Shown here: positions 21,025-33,919 of the stretch, piece by piece
Position numbering within the stretch: the stretch's first letter is position 1
Layout: each line of letters opens with the position of its first letter
Translations under genes and position numbers: made by a program
From: Schmidtea nova
Taxonomy: Eukaryota
Direction of reading: 5' to 3'
NCBI GenBank assembly: GCA_044892505.1
Contig: CM097882.1
Coordinates: forward strand, 1,674,001 to 1,738,000
Length of the DNA: 64,000 nt
Notes under the pieces: generated by a model
What the model saw: only the letters and a program-made list of their open reading frames with translations
Databases searched by the model: none
What the model was told of the DNA's origin: nothing

Positions 21025-21590
21025 ATGAGTTGATTCTGTCACAAAAAATGTGAGAAAAATCGAAGTTCCGTGGACAAGGTAAAGTCAGGTGACAAAGATT
21101 GGGAGCAAGTGAGGTTTCATTTCACACGACTGACGGTACAGAATGATGAACTATAAATACGGCTCTTCTCATCCGAGCAAATGAAGGAACAACTAGTACG
21201 AAAAGAGCATATCAAACGAGCATTAGAGGAGGTACAGAGGAAGCTCAATACAGTGAAACTGGAACTGAGGAATTGCCTCAACAAGGTGACTCGGTCATTT
21301 TTTTAGACTGAGTTGAGGGCATGCATCCGACATGTTACTTTCCAATACTGGGCCCAGCAAGAAGTAGATAGCCGTTGAACGACTGAACTACACACAGGAG
21401 TCTCACCCCTTCTTAAATCCTCAGATAAACGTCAACCCAACTCTATTCAAAACCACGAAACACAAAAGGATCGGTCCATGGCCACGCCTACAGAAGAAAG
21501 CATGGGCGAAACGATTGGCGTTCCAAGTCGATCGCTTAGATGAAATGACGGAGCTGGATCTACTAGCAGAAATTATTCCGTTATAATCGG
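21025..21590 (+). pseudogene. Gene B copy 2 (coiled-coil plus basic tail), with stops and one frameshift
   Basis: LTVQNDEL*IRLFSSEQMKEQLVRKEHIKRALEEVQRKLNTVKLELRNCL..LRACIRHVTFQYW // KTTKHKRIGPWPRLQKKAWAKRLAFQVDRL aligns with 6679-7191. Confidence 0.7.
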
Positions 21591-22957
21591 AACCCAATTT
21601 CGTAGTTTGCATAAATGTATTAGCATGAATGTCTTGTCGTTAAAATGTTATTGATAATATTGGAGAATTACTCGGGATATGCACCCAAATGCAAAAGACT
21701 AGATGTAAAGAGTAAAGATCTTCTAACAATCAGATCCAGAGCAGGGAATAGTCGCCGCCAAGGCAGCTCACCTGCCTGCGACGATATGCGCAGTTCCAAC
21801 GTGGAGTTTCTATGGAGCTCCAAGGGCGCATGATCGAAGTGATACACATTTTATGGGGGCGTTTAACATCATTTTCCCTAGCCAGCAAATTTTCCTTTTT
21901 TGTGAGTTATTGGTCACTATACTTAATTAAAAAAAATTGTTTTTGCTATATTTATCTAATCACAAATTGTAATACAACCATAATTAATAATTAAAACAAA
22001 NNNNNNNNNNNNNNNNNNNNNNNNNNNNNNNNNNNNNNNNNNNNNNNNNNNNNNNNNNNNNNNNNNNNNNNNNNNNNNNNNNNNNNNNNNNNNNNNNNNN
22101 NNNNNNNNNNNNNNNNNNNNNNNNNNNNNNNNNNNNNNNNACTTAGTCAATGTATACACCTACTAGCTAAAGTATACTTTAACTAAACTAATCAGAGAAA
22201 GTATATACAAATAAATTTATGAATACTTCAACTTGTTAGTGTATACACCTTCGACTGTAGATTAGTTAAAGTATTTCAATGGTTTGTTCATTATCTATTG
22301 TCATATATGATAGATATTTTTACAATTTATTTATTAATTTTTATTAAATTTATTAATTATTTATTAATAAATTAGTGTTTTATTCATAATCTTTTTCGTA
22401 AATTTCGCAAGATTTTTATTTGCAGTAGACACAACTAGAACAAGTCTTTAAAATTTTGTTGGGCCAAAACTGCAAATTGTTTAAATGAAGCGGTAACACA
22501 ACAAGTAGAGAGCGCGCAAGAGTCTAATTTAACCAAAACATCAAGTAAAACCGAAGTTGTTAAGTAAAAACACACCTAAATATTAAAGCGGGTAAAGCGC
22601 ACTAATAAGTAGAGAACGCGCGAAGTTCTAATCTACCGGCCCATAAACCAAAATATCAAGTAAAACAAAAATTGGTTAAAAGAAGAACGTTTAAATAGCT
22701 AGAATAGGCGAAAAACACATTGAATATGCACAAGGAGAACGCAGTTATGTTGTAAAACCTCAGTGGGTGGAAATTAGCATGTTTTTAGAAGGAAGATTGC
22801 GATTTTATCTAAAAAATTTGTAAAAATAGAAAAGAAAACAATTTTGATTGAAAATATAGCAAATTAAATCGAATTAGAATAAACTTTAATTCAAAAGTAA
22901 ATTTTTGGAATAAAAAGAAATTGGAAAATCATCAAATGAAAGGCCAAATAATAATTT

Positions 22958-23593
22958 TTATTCATTTCCGTAACTAAATAAACAACATTCAAATGGACTT
23001 TCGAGAGAATTTCGGGAGAATTGAACTATGACATCGTTACTGCCAGACAATGCTTGGATTTTATCATTAGATCGTTGTTTGTAATGAACACTACGTAAAA
23101 GAATAGAGAAAGGCTCTCTGTGATTTGTTCGGCTATTGATTTGAGACCACGAAAACCAGCGAGCTTCAGGGATTAGTATATCATTGTTGAGCTGTTTATT
23201 TGCATCATGTATAAATGTGATCACACAAGGCGCAGTGAAACATTTTACGCAGTCATAATCTCCTTTTATCGCTTTTGCGGTGCACATATTTGTAATTGTG
23301 ATCAATGATTCAGCTAAATCTGTCCTCAAAGACACCTCTGAATCGTTGCAAATTAATATTAGATCATTCAATAATGCTGGTGAAATGTTGCTGCTGTTTT
23401 CTGAATATTGTTGGCTCTGAATATATATCATGGCTTTTTGAAACGCTTGTTTACGATATAAATAATCTTTACATTTAAATTTCGTTATCAATTGACATAC
23501 AAAATTATCATCAGGTTCAGGTGATTCTGTATAATCGGGAAGAGGCCATTCATCAAATTCCAGATAATCTTCATTTAGAACTGCACTGTTCAT
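22958..23593 (-). pseudogene. PPP4R1: Intronless N-terminal fragment resembling protein phosphatase 4 regulatory subunit 1 (HEAT repeats)
   Basis: LLNDLILICNDSEVSLRTDLAESLITITNMC..APCVITFIHDANKQ matches recalled PPP4R1 RLADDSEPTVRAELMEQV..LPIVVRYLADQNNQV; ends after about 211 codons. Confidence 0.55.
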
Positions 23594-26500
23594 TAGTAAA
23601 AATTTATGTATCCTTAATTCAAAAATTCAAATCCTCAAAATCGAAAATGAGTTGTTCTCAACAAACTCAAATTTCCAGCCAAGAAAATCATAAATCCAAA
23701 ATTGGATTAATTAAACAAAAAACCTTTGGAAATCAATATTGGCGAATAATAATTCAAAATAATTCCAAAATCAAATCGAATTAACTTCCAATCAACCTAA
23801 ATTCCAAAAAGGCAACCTGCGCACACAGACGCGATAACAATTTCTCAATGCACACACGGACGTGAGAGCAGAATAAAAAAAACATGAAATGCGCACACAG
23901 ACGCAAGAACATTCCAAAATATCAACGCGCACACAGATCCATAAACTACTAACCCAACACATTCGAACAGAAATTATTTAAAGTTTTATGAAAATTTGAT
24001 GTAAAATTATTAATTTAATTTTACGGAAAATTGTTGGAATTAATTTAGAAAAGATTGGAAACTCCTTCTAGAACGATTTGTTTTAATACATCAATGAAGG
24101 TAACACACAGAAGGAGGTATATATACCGCCATCAAAATGGCGAAAATCAGAATTTTACGTACTATTTTGTTAAAATCTAATTTTTGAATTTTTCGGAAAA
24201 ACAGAAAAAGGTAATTTTTGAAAACTAACAAACCCTGCAGAAGAAGATTGTGCTCCAGTAAAACAGTTTTGGCTCAGAAGACTATTCGGAATATTGTTAT
24301 AAAAAGATTCAAAGAATTTTTGAGAATTAGCCAACCCTACAGAAGAAGATTGTGCTCCAGTAAAACAGTTTTGGCTCAGAAGACTATTCGGAATATTGCA
24401 ATGTGAGGGTTTTGATTATTTTTTTTTATTTTATTAGTTTTATCGTTGTTTTATCGACATGGGAAGTCCAAAAAATCATGCCCTTTGGACATCCCATGCC
24501 GATAGCAGTCTTATTCGATTTAGTTACTTATGTTACTCATGTAGAACTATAAATTTACAGGAAAATATTATATTTCAAATTTTATATGATTCTTTATTAT
24601 TATTTTTTTATTATTATTTTAAAATTTTTATTAATCTTATCTTTAATAATGTCACAGATTCTCATAGTTATAAAATTTTAGTATTGTAAATGTCATATAT
24701 ATCAAATAATTAAAAAATCTTTTTTGCTTCCATACCCCCTGACATCTGTTTTGGCCTCGTGCCGTACGGATGGAAGCAGCCTGAGCTGATCGCTGGTTCG
24801 ATTCGTAATCGATCAGCCCATTTTTCCGACTTCAGGTGATACGCCCAAACATCCATGATCACTTCATTCCAACTGGGGAACAGTGACTGGCCAAGGGCAA
24901 GTTTTTATATTAATGATCAGTAATTTATATTTTATACTAAATTTTATAACATATTGTGCAATTAAAAACCGATACTTCAGCTAAAAACACTAACGAAATA
25001 CATCCAGTAATGTCTTTTCCACCATAAAATTTATCAGCACAAAATATCCGACTCGTTATTTGCCTTCACTCTCACCACAATTGTCATCTTATAAGAATCT
25101 ACAAGTCCAATAAAAGCCAATATTGAAAAGAGAATCATTCAAAATAATACTCAAAACCGATAAAAATAATTATCACGAAACGAAATATGAAAACAAGTAT
25201 TGATTTATTTGAACTAAACCTCATTAAATGCATAGTTATCTAAATAACTTACTCCAGTGAACCTTGGTTTCGGGAGCCTGAAGTTCTCAAGTGAAGTGTC
25301 TCGAAAAATTCGCGTGCACTTTGTTCGGGAAATTCACGCTCGAACGAAACCAAAATTCACCTCACTTGATGTCGAAAACTATTATGAATTAGAAATTTGA
25401 TTTTGAATGATAACCGAACAAAGATACAAAAGTTGAAATCTCAAAATTCTTTGTAAAAATTACTTTAGATCAGTAGATTCAAATCCTTGTGAAAAATTAC
25501 TGATCAAGAAGTTTATTATAAAAGCATTTGTATGACGGTGGATAAATTTTACGTTATTTCTTTATTTTAATTTACTTAGGAAAATTTATGAATTAAAATT
25601 TTAGTTATTGTGCAAAATGCAAATTTTAATTATAAAACCAAAATTTACTTTTTAGGAATTATATCATGGAAAAATTTAAAGCACAAAAATATTTTTTTAT
25701 TCTCCTTAAAAAGTGAAAAAATTATAAATCGAGTCCTCATCTTAGTTTGAAATATTAAATTTTTTTTATTATATTAAAATATAAAAAGTATAAATCGAAA
25801 ATTTTATTGTATTTCATAAAATTCAAATTTTAAAAAATTTAACTAAGAAGATTTATGGATACTAAAATTATTACTTTTTTGAAAATTTATTTATATTTAA
25901 TTATATTTATGTAATTTATTAGTTTATAAACAAAACCCCACAGTATCACAAAAGATATAATACACTCATATTTGCAAAGCAAAACATCCACACCATTCAT
26001 TAAAACCATCCATACTAATACCACATGCAACATTTACTTAAATACAACACACACACACTACCACATTTCAATCAATAGGATCTCCTATACTAAATAATAC
26101 AATAAACAATACATCCACTTACCAACATACACAACGTGATTTTATCTAACAGTATCCACTAGCATCGTACATCCAGAAAACCCCCATAAGTATTCATACA
26201 ATCACATTCATTGTTTATCGCCTATTGCAGTAGCATCATTCCCAACATACCAACACATACAATCACATAAAATCATAACAATACACCTGTTTTCGTTCGA
26301 TAAAAGTATATCTATAATATAAAAAATAATTAACCAATAGAAAATGATAACTTACGTCGATGTTAACAGTTGATTTTACGTCGTTTAAAAGTTTTAGTAT
26401 GTGGTAGACAATCTGTGAGAAAAAATAAATTATGCACACAAACACAAAACACAATGAAAATTGCATGCAAACTTTTAAGGGCACATTTTTTTACGCGTTT

Positions 26501-27882
26501 AAAAGTCCTATAATTAATTAATTTATTAATTAATTTTAAAATATGATTTTTAGGTAAATTTTTGGAATATTTTCTAAGGGAATTTTCTAGAAAATGGATA
26601 AATAACATCGTAAGTTTTATTTTAATATAAAATTTCATATATTTACAAAAATTATATGACAAAATTTTCCCTGTTTTCAGTAGCCAAAAAATAATTTCGT
26701 CTAATTATTATCAAATTATAGACAATTAATCATATTTACTCTGCAATTTGGATCATTTTGAAGTCTCATATAATACAGGACGATATAATTTGGCAATTCT
26801 TGAAATAAAAAATTAAGCTTAATTAAATTATTTCCTGGAATCTCCAAAAAATATTTCAAAATTAGAAATAATTATAATAATTATTAATTAAAAATGATTT
26901 TTAACTTACGTTAAATGAAAATAATTCCAAAAAAAATGTTAAAAAAATCATGATTTCCTAGAAAGTATTTAATAATAAATAAAAATAAGTGAAGAACAAA
27001 TATAATGGAATTTCATTAATAAACTATTGTTAAAAAATATTTTTACTTAAGTTTAATGTAAAATACTTCCAAAAAAATTCATAAAAAATCATATTTTCCT
27101 AAAAGTTAATAAATATGAAATAAAATAATATTGAAGAATAAAGATAAACTTTCAAAGCTTCTATAATGATCTTATATCATTGTAAAATCAAAATAGAAAC
27201 CTTAAAAGATATCTAAATAAACAAAATTACCTGATAGCCATTTTTAAAAAATGGCTAAATGAAAAATAAATGGCTAAATAAAAATGTAACACAAAAATTA
27301 AACAAAGTAACTATGAGTAACAATTAGATGTACACACCTACTTGTATCATAGTTACTTTTAAACAACGAAAACCGATGAAGGGCATTCATTTCAAACTTA
27401 CTGGTGGGTTGTTGATCGTCAATATGACCTTGACGTTGCTACGGCTAGTATCAACAACTCAACACATAAAACATTGAAATTACCATCTGGTTACCAGTCA
27501 CTATGTAACGTTGGTACTGTAACAAGTGGGTGGGTATTTTACGTATTTTGCAATCAGTGAGCGTCGTCAATACGAAACTATGATTGACCGGATATCTCCT
27601 GGGTCCAAGGGCTACCGATAGAAGGTTTAATGCCCATTTTGTCCCTCCTACGCATTATTTACTTCAGAAGAATTCATGAGTTATACTGAACCTAATTTAC
27701 TATTAAACCTCAGTGGATTTTACTCAGTTTATTCCGTTTATCAATTTATTCCATTTAATCATTCAAACCAATAAATATTTCAAGAAAAAAAATACAAGAA
27801 AAACTTTAATGTTAGCAAAAGACAACGTAAACTACAGAGTAAAATAAATAAATACAAGATACAATATTCATTGACAATTATA

Positions 27883-28446
27883 TCACAAAGAAGTAATGTC
27901 AATCACTTCTGAGGACTCCTTGCGGATTTGCCCCAGCAATCTCGCTTCCTGCCGACGTCTTCGTCGAGCCCTCACCCCTTTATTGGGTTTCTGTCTGGTT
28001 GTTTTTGCGGGAACAGGAGGTGTCAATATCTGTTCTTCGACCCTCACTGGGAACAACTCTTGAGACAGGCAGGATGGCTTTGGCAGGACGGCAGCAATGA
28101 TGCCACTGTTCGTCCTCAGCTTTTCATTCTGGGTTTCCAATTCTCGGATTGTGACTCGGCACGCCCACAATCTCATTGCATCGTCCGCAGCCTGTTGCAA
28201 CAGCATCTGGTTTTGTTTTCGGAGTTTGTCGACGGTCTCCTTGTCCGACCACGTCGATTCCATCTCCCGGCATCGCGCTCGGAACTTCTCCATCCGGGAA
28301 GTCATGATTTGCAGCGCGTACGTATTTGAGGTTTTCGCCCTCTCCATCTCGGCAAAGCATTGGTCTACCCATCGATTATGGCGGGCATTTTCTAGGATCA
28401 ATTTGTGCATCTCCTCGAATTTTCGCTCTAAGTTCATTTTCGACAT
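27883..28446 (-). CDS. Unknown coiled-coil protein with RRRRR basic tail (gene B-like, copy 3)
   Basis: Intact 187-aa ORF; close 5'-partial copy at 32517-32720; tail KTTRQKPNKGVRARRRRR parallels copies 1 and 2. Confidence 0.65.
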   Translation of the reverse strand: MSKMNLERKFEEMHKLILENARHNRWVDQCFAEMERAKTSNTYALQIMTSRMEKFRARCREMESTWSDKETVDKLRKQNQMLLQQAADDAMRLWACRVTIRELETQNEKLRTNSGIIAAVLPKPSCLSQELFPVRVEEQILTPPVPAKTTRQKPNKGVRARRRRRQEARLLGQIRKESSEVIDITSL

Positions 28447-31400
28447 CTAAAAATTATACATTCATAACCCATTCAAGTCGTAATTTAACATTCAATTTCA
28501 AATATTCATTTTAAATCAATAAAATAAAATCATTTTGATCGATGAACATTTATCGATTTTTCATAACCAACTATTATACACAAAATTTATCTCAAATCAC
28601 ACTGATTTTTACACATTCCTTATTGGTTACCAGGTTATCCTCAAGCATTCTATCGTCAACTCAATCCAGAAATCAAAAACATCTTTGATCTATCGCATAA
28701 TTCGGGGTATTTGAATTTTCGATGATTTTTATCAAACTTTATTATTTTCTATACTTTTTAAATTTGTATATTTTTGTCATCAGTAAATTTTAATTAAACT
28801 CTATTTATCCCCTATACCTAATGTCTATCTTGCTTTAAATATAAAAGAAAATTAATAAGAAATCTAATTATTTTAATTTTTGAAAATTTGCCGAGGCCTT
28901 AGCAACGGTATCGAAACAAATTTTACAATAATTACATTAATCTACTTTAGTAATTTATTCAATATTATCCGCATGATATTTAAAATTTTCCCTTAGAACC
29001 ATATTACAACTTAGGATAACCCGGCCCCAGGCGTTCTCCGTCTCATTCCTCGACAAAAACGGAGGCTAAAAATAACTATATAAACGAACTACAAGGAATT
29101 ACCAATTTTTATTGGTTAATTTATAGTGTGGAGATTTAATTTTATTAATGTATTGATTGATTTTCTTGTTAAACTATTTTCAGATGCGAGAAAATTTTTC
29201 ATCTGATCGATGTCGATGGAATTTAATTGTAATTCATTTTAATTTAATTGAATAGAAAAGACATTGCTGGAGAGATTCGTCTTTACGTTTACATGTGGTA
29301 TTAATTTTCAATATATCAAAATTTATAAATTCGGATAAACTACATTTATTATAAATTAAATATCATTAATATAACACCTTGCCTTTGGCCAAGCCACTGT
29401 TCCCCAGTTGGGATGAAGTGATCATGGATGTTTAGGCTGTTCACATGGACTCGGAAATATGGGCTGATCGATTACGAATCGAACCAGCGATCCGCTCAGG
29501 CTACTTCCACCCGATCGGCACAAGGCCAGAAACAGGCTTTAGGGGGTACGGAAGCAAAAAAAATTTATTTATTTATTTTATCACTTTTATTTGGACAGCT
29601 AAAAATTTCAATCATGGGAATTTGTGATACAAAAAAAAACTTAAATAAGGATTCATTAGATAATATTATCGATATACAAATTAATACAAAAACAAATTAA
29701 CTAAATAAGTCAAATGAACCGGTGTCGACATGGGATGACTCTCTGGACCTCCCATGCCGATAACGCACATATAATGAGATAAATGTAAAAAAAATTTAAA
29801 AAAAATCCTTACGCTCAGTGTGGCTCTCCTGATTTTTCTTCTTCAAATCGAAATTGGGATTACAAATTCTGATAAATGTCTTCTTAAACCAAAAGATTTT
29901 CTCAAAAATTCACAAAATTCTTGAATAGAACAAAAGATTTTTCACAAATTTAGAAATTTTTTCCACAAATTCTGAAAAATTCTATTTTGATGGCGGTATA
30001 TATATCATCGATTTTGCGTTACCTTCAGTAGTGTAATAAAACAAATTGTTCTAGAATTTTCCTTTTAATTTTTCTAAATTAATTCTAATGATTTTCCGAA
30101 AATTAAATCCATATTTTTGTGTAATAATTTTTTATAAAACATAAATAATTTATTTTAATTCAAAATATTTATTTTTGAATCGAAACTTGTTCGATTTGAT
30201 TTAATTTACGATATTTCGATCAATATTAGTTCTTTTTGTTGTTAATGTGAAATATTTTGATAAAATCACAGTTTTCGGCTAAAATTTGGTTAATTTTTCC
30301 TGCACTGAAGGTTTTATAACGCAATTCCATTTTTATGGATATTTTCAATGGGTTTTCCTCCTATTCTAACTTTTAAACGTTCTTCTTTTGATGGCATTTG
30401 ATTTTTCTCGAGGTTTCAATGTAAGGGCTTTCAGACTCTCAGCTCGCGCGTTCTCTACTGGTTGATGTATTTTGAGTCCACTTCACCTTTTGGTGTTTTT
30501 CACTTAATCGTTTGGATTTTTAATGGATAATTGGGTTAAAACTGAATCTTGCGCGCTCTCTACCTATGGGGTTATCGCTTTATTAAAACTATTTGTGGTT
30601 TTTGCCCAACATTACGATAGAATATACATACACACCTCTCTGAACTTATTTCAATTTACCTCACCGAACCACAACACGCCCCACATCCATACAACTTCGA
30701 TTATAATTCACTTTGACAAAATTGGCTTTGATATGTACCCATTAGTAACCCAGCTAACTCAACAAAGACCCCTGAGATAATAATTAACTTCTAAAAGCTC
30801 TTAAATAAACCCCGAAATCAGAATTACCTCTCCCAAAATCGACCATAAACGTTAACTAGTATTCGAATCATAGTTCAAACTACTCAGAAATCATAACATA
30901 CTAACAATCAGTAGGAAACCAAAAATTATTAGTCAAAGGAGCACATATGAGTATAACATATTTTGTTGTAATAAATTTTATTGAAATTAAAAACGAAAAT
31001 TCAACAAATTGAACTTTATTTAGTCCCAAATAAACCCCTGGATAATCCGAAAACCAAGAACTCACCTTGTAAGTCAACGGCATACGAAATCTATGTCCCA
31101 TTCAATTGTTAACTTACTAACAATCTGGATCCACACCTAATAACAAACTTCATTAGGCTAAAAATATTTTCTTTTGTGTTGTGTTGTCCTTTTAAAGGAC
31201 GTCGCAACCGATTCGTAATAAAATCATGGATTAGCATTAATAATCATAACAACCAAATCAAAGACATTAAAGAAAATTTTATTTGCAAATTTATGTACAA
31301 CTACAATAGAAAAAATCACAGCAAATCGTATTAAATTCATTAAAAGTGAAATCATAGCAAATTGATTAAAGTAATCACTTAACTAATCGTGCCAGAGAAT

Positions 31401-32429
31401 CTAACAAGGAAGGGTAGATTTAAATCCAAAGTGAAAAATTTCATATAACAAAAAATATCCAAATGAAACCCAGCAAATGTGGAAAAATCCCAGAGTAAAT
31501 TGATGCTAAAAATCAGAATTTCGATAATAAACCAAAGAGAAATAATATAGAAGTTACTTTAGTTCGGAAATCATTGAAGTTTATTTTTGATTATCTGCTG
31601 ATAGGCGACAACAGCGATTTGCATTGACACTTGCTGCAGTTCTGTGGAGAAGTGATCATCCACCTCAGGAGATTTGAGTCACTAAAAGGAGAAAACGGTA
31701 ATTATAAACATAAAAATTTGAATATGACTTACCAGCTTGAAAATCAAAATTGAGGGAAATCTTCTTCCTGAAAATAACTATCTAAAATCGATAGTTATAA
31801 TATAGAATTTAAATTGACATAATAAGAATTACCCAATAGGAATTAAGAAATCTTGCTTACCCGTCTATATAGATTTTCTTTTCGTTGGGGGAACGCTCCT
31901 GTTATTGATGAAATGGCGATAAAAATCGAACTTTCAATTTAAAATTTAATCCACAATTTGAAAGTAAACTCAAATTCAAAATCTGAGCTAGATCTAATAA
32001 TAAGAGAAAATCTATACCGTTGCCGTTGTCAAGACCTCGCCGAATTTTTGAAAATCAAAAGTTGCGATTTTAGTAAAATCATAATTTTCTTTTGGAAAGC
32101 TATAATAAATTTTATAAAGCAAGATAGACAATAGGATTAGGACATAAATAAAGTTACTTGCAGTTTTAAATGTTATAAAACATGATAAGTTTGAAAGAAA
32201 TTCAAAAATAATAGTCACTTAAATAAAATTAACGCCTATTAAATCTCATTTTATATATACATTTTTATAGGAAGAATTAATCCCCGAATTGAGTGCAATA
32301 ATATACTTGAGTATAAACTTGCGAATAAAAATGGGTGCACGAAAATTCTTGTGTCTTGAAATAATACTGTATATAATGGTTGATTGCGAAAAATTAATAA
32401 ATTTTTATCGATAAAATTATTTCATCTTG

Positions 32430-32720
32430 CTAATTTAAAATGGATATCTGTAGTCAAATTGTGATGCTAAATGATGGCTTAAATGCGTTTTGAATGTGAG
32501 ATATTAGATTTTAGAAATGAACCTCGAGCTAAAGTTAGAAGGAATTCACTGTCTAACTCTGAAAAATGCCAGACACAATCGCAAGGTGGATCAGTGTTTC
32601 GCTGAGCTGGAGAAGATGAAATCTTCAAATTCCGACGTCCTTCAAATCATGACCTCCCGGATGGAGAAATTCAGAGCTCGCTGTAGAGAAATGGAATTGA
32701 CCTGGTCTGACAAGGGTTCA
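32430..32720 (+). pseudogene. Truncated copy of the 27883-28446 ORF, fused to a hAT remnant
   Basis: MNLELKLE..LKNARHNRKVDQCFAELEK..LQIMTSRMEKFRARCREMELTWSDK is nearly identical to copy 3; the upstream sequence is also similar. Confidence 0.8.
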
Positions 32721-33380
32721 ACACTTATTTCTTCGGGTTTATCAAAATATTTGAACTTACTTTTAGCTCAATCTTAAAAGTTTGAGAAGTACTAAATTTA
32801 AAAGTTGACGAAGATAATATATATGATGAGATTATTTCTATTAATCAGACTCTTCCAAAGATTAGAATTACTGAAAATGGAAAAAATGAAGTTTTACAAT
32901 TATGGGTGAAAATATTCCAGTCGACTAATGGATTTAATGAAATTAAAAAACAATGATGTCGAAAGTTTTAAGCATTCCGGTTAGTAATGCATTTATTGAA
33001 AGAAATTTTTCAATAATGAATTCCGTTTGGAGAGATGAAATAAATAAAATGAGAGTAGAGCTTATTAAATCTGAACTTTCTGTAAGAATATATTTCTACA
33101 TGAAATGTGAAGATTTTCTTACATATTTAAAAGCAACAGAACAAAAAAATTTACTTGAATGTTCATCAAAAGCAACAAAATATAATTTTAAGAATTAATA
33201 ATATTTTCTGAAGTTCCTAATTTTTTATGTTTTCTTATTGAATAAATTTTGTTGTTTTATGTTTTATTGTTATTAAATAAATATATTTTGTTTTATATTC
33301 ATATGGATTTATTATATATTAAATCTTGGGATGTAAAAATAATTTCTTCGGGTCTGACTCGTTCTAGAGTTGGTAACCCT
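32720..33380 (+). mobile_element. hAT transposon 3' remnant (dimerization domain)
   Basis: KVLSIPVSNAFIERNFSIMNSVW..R..M.VELIKSEL; terminus CTAGAGTTGGTAACCCTG. Confidence 0.8.
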
Positions 33381-33919
33381 GGATAACAATGTTAAGCCTT
33401 CTCTCAATGTTTATTTAAATAAAATATTTCGATCTTAAAAAGATCCTGATCACTCCAATACGAAATTTTTTCCAATTAACTTTCTGCTTCTTTCTTAGTA
33501 TTTTCTTTCTCCTGAATTCTGATTTTATGTTGATTAATAAAACAAATTAAGATTTATTCTTGAGAAATATTAAATAAAATTTTTATTTTAAATTAAATTA
33601 AAAATTATTTTTTTTAATGATTTTCAGTAATTCTTAAAAAAAATCATATAGAGAGTCATAGTTTCTTAATTAATAAAATGCTCTTTTTAAAAAAAAACAT
33701 TTAAAAAAAATCCAAAAAGATCACTTCCCCATACAAAATTAGAATAATTCTTTCATTATTAAATTAAGTTAAAGTTGTTTAAATTTATGGAAATCTAAGA
33801 TGATAATTTAAAATTTATTCATATTTTTATTAGTTAACATTGTTGTCCAATTCACAATTATTTATGCTATTACTTAACATTTTTCATATCAAACAAAACA
33901 TTTTAAAATTAAATTTCTG

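Larger units (their letters stand above)
22455..30615. repeat. Pair of long diverged inverted arms (about 22455-24900 and 29375-30615)
   Basis: Blocks in mirror order: 22455-22900/30170-30615, 23990-24200/29960-30150, 24745-24902/29378-29540. Confidence 0.8.

Noticed and set aside
21743-21803. Conserved nucleotide motif shared by cassette copies as an HDV-like or twister ribozyme
   Set aside because: The pairing is not maintained in copy 1 and the substitutions are synonymous, so coding conservation explains it better.
24794-24806. GGTTCGATTC as a tRNA T-loop
   Set aside because: No acceptor, D or anticodon arms can be built; kept only as part of the conserved-block finding.
27928-28450. 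Plus-strand ORFs of 133 and 117 aa overlapping the basic-tail gene
   Set aside because: Antisense shadows of a GC-rich coding region; the homolog at 32517 supports the minus-strand frame.
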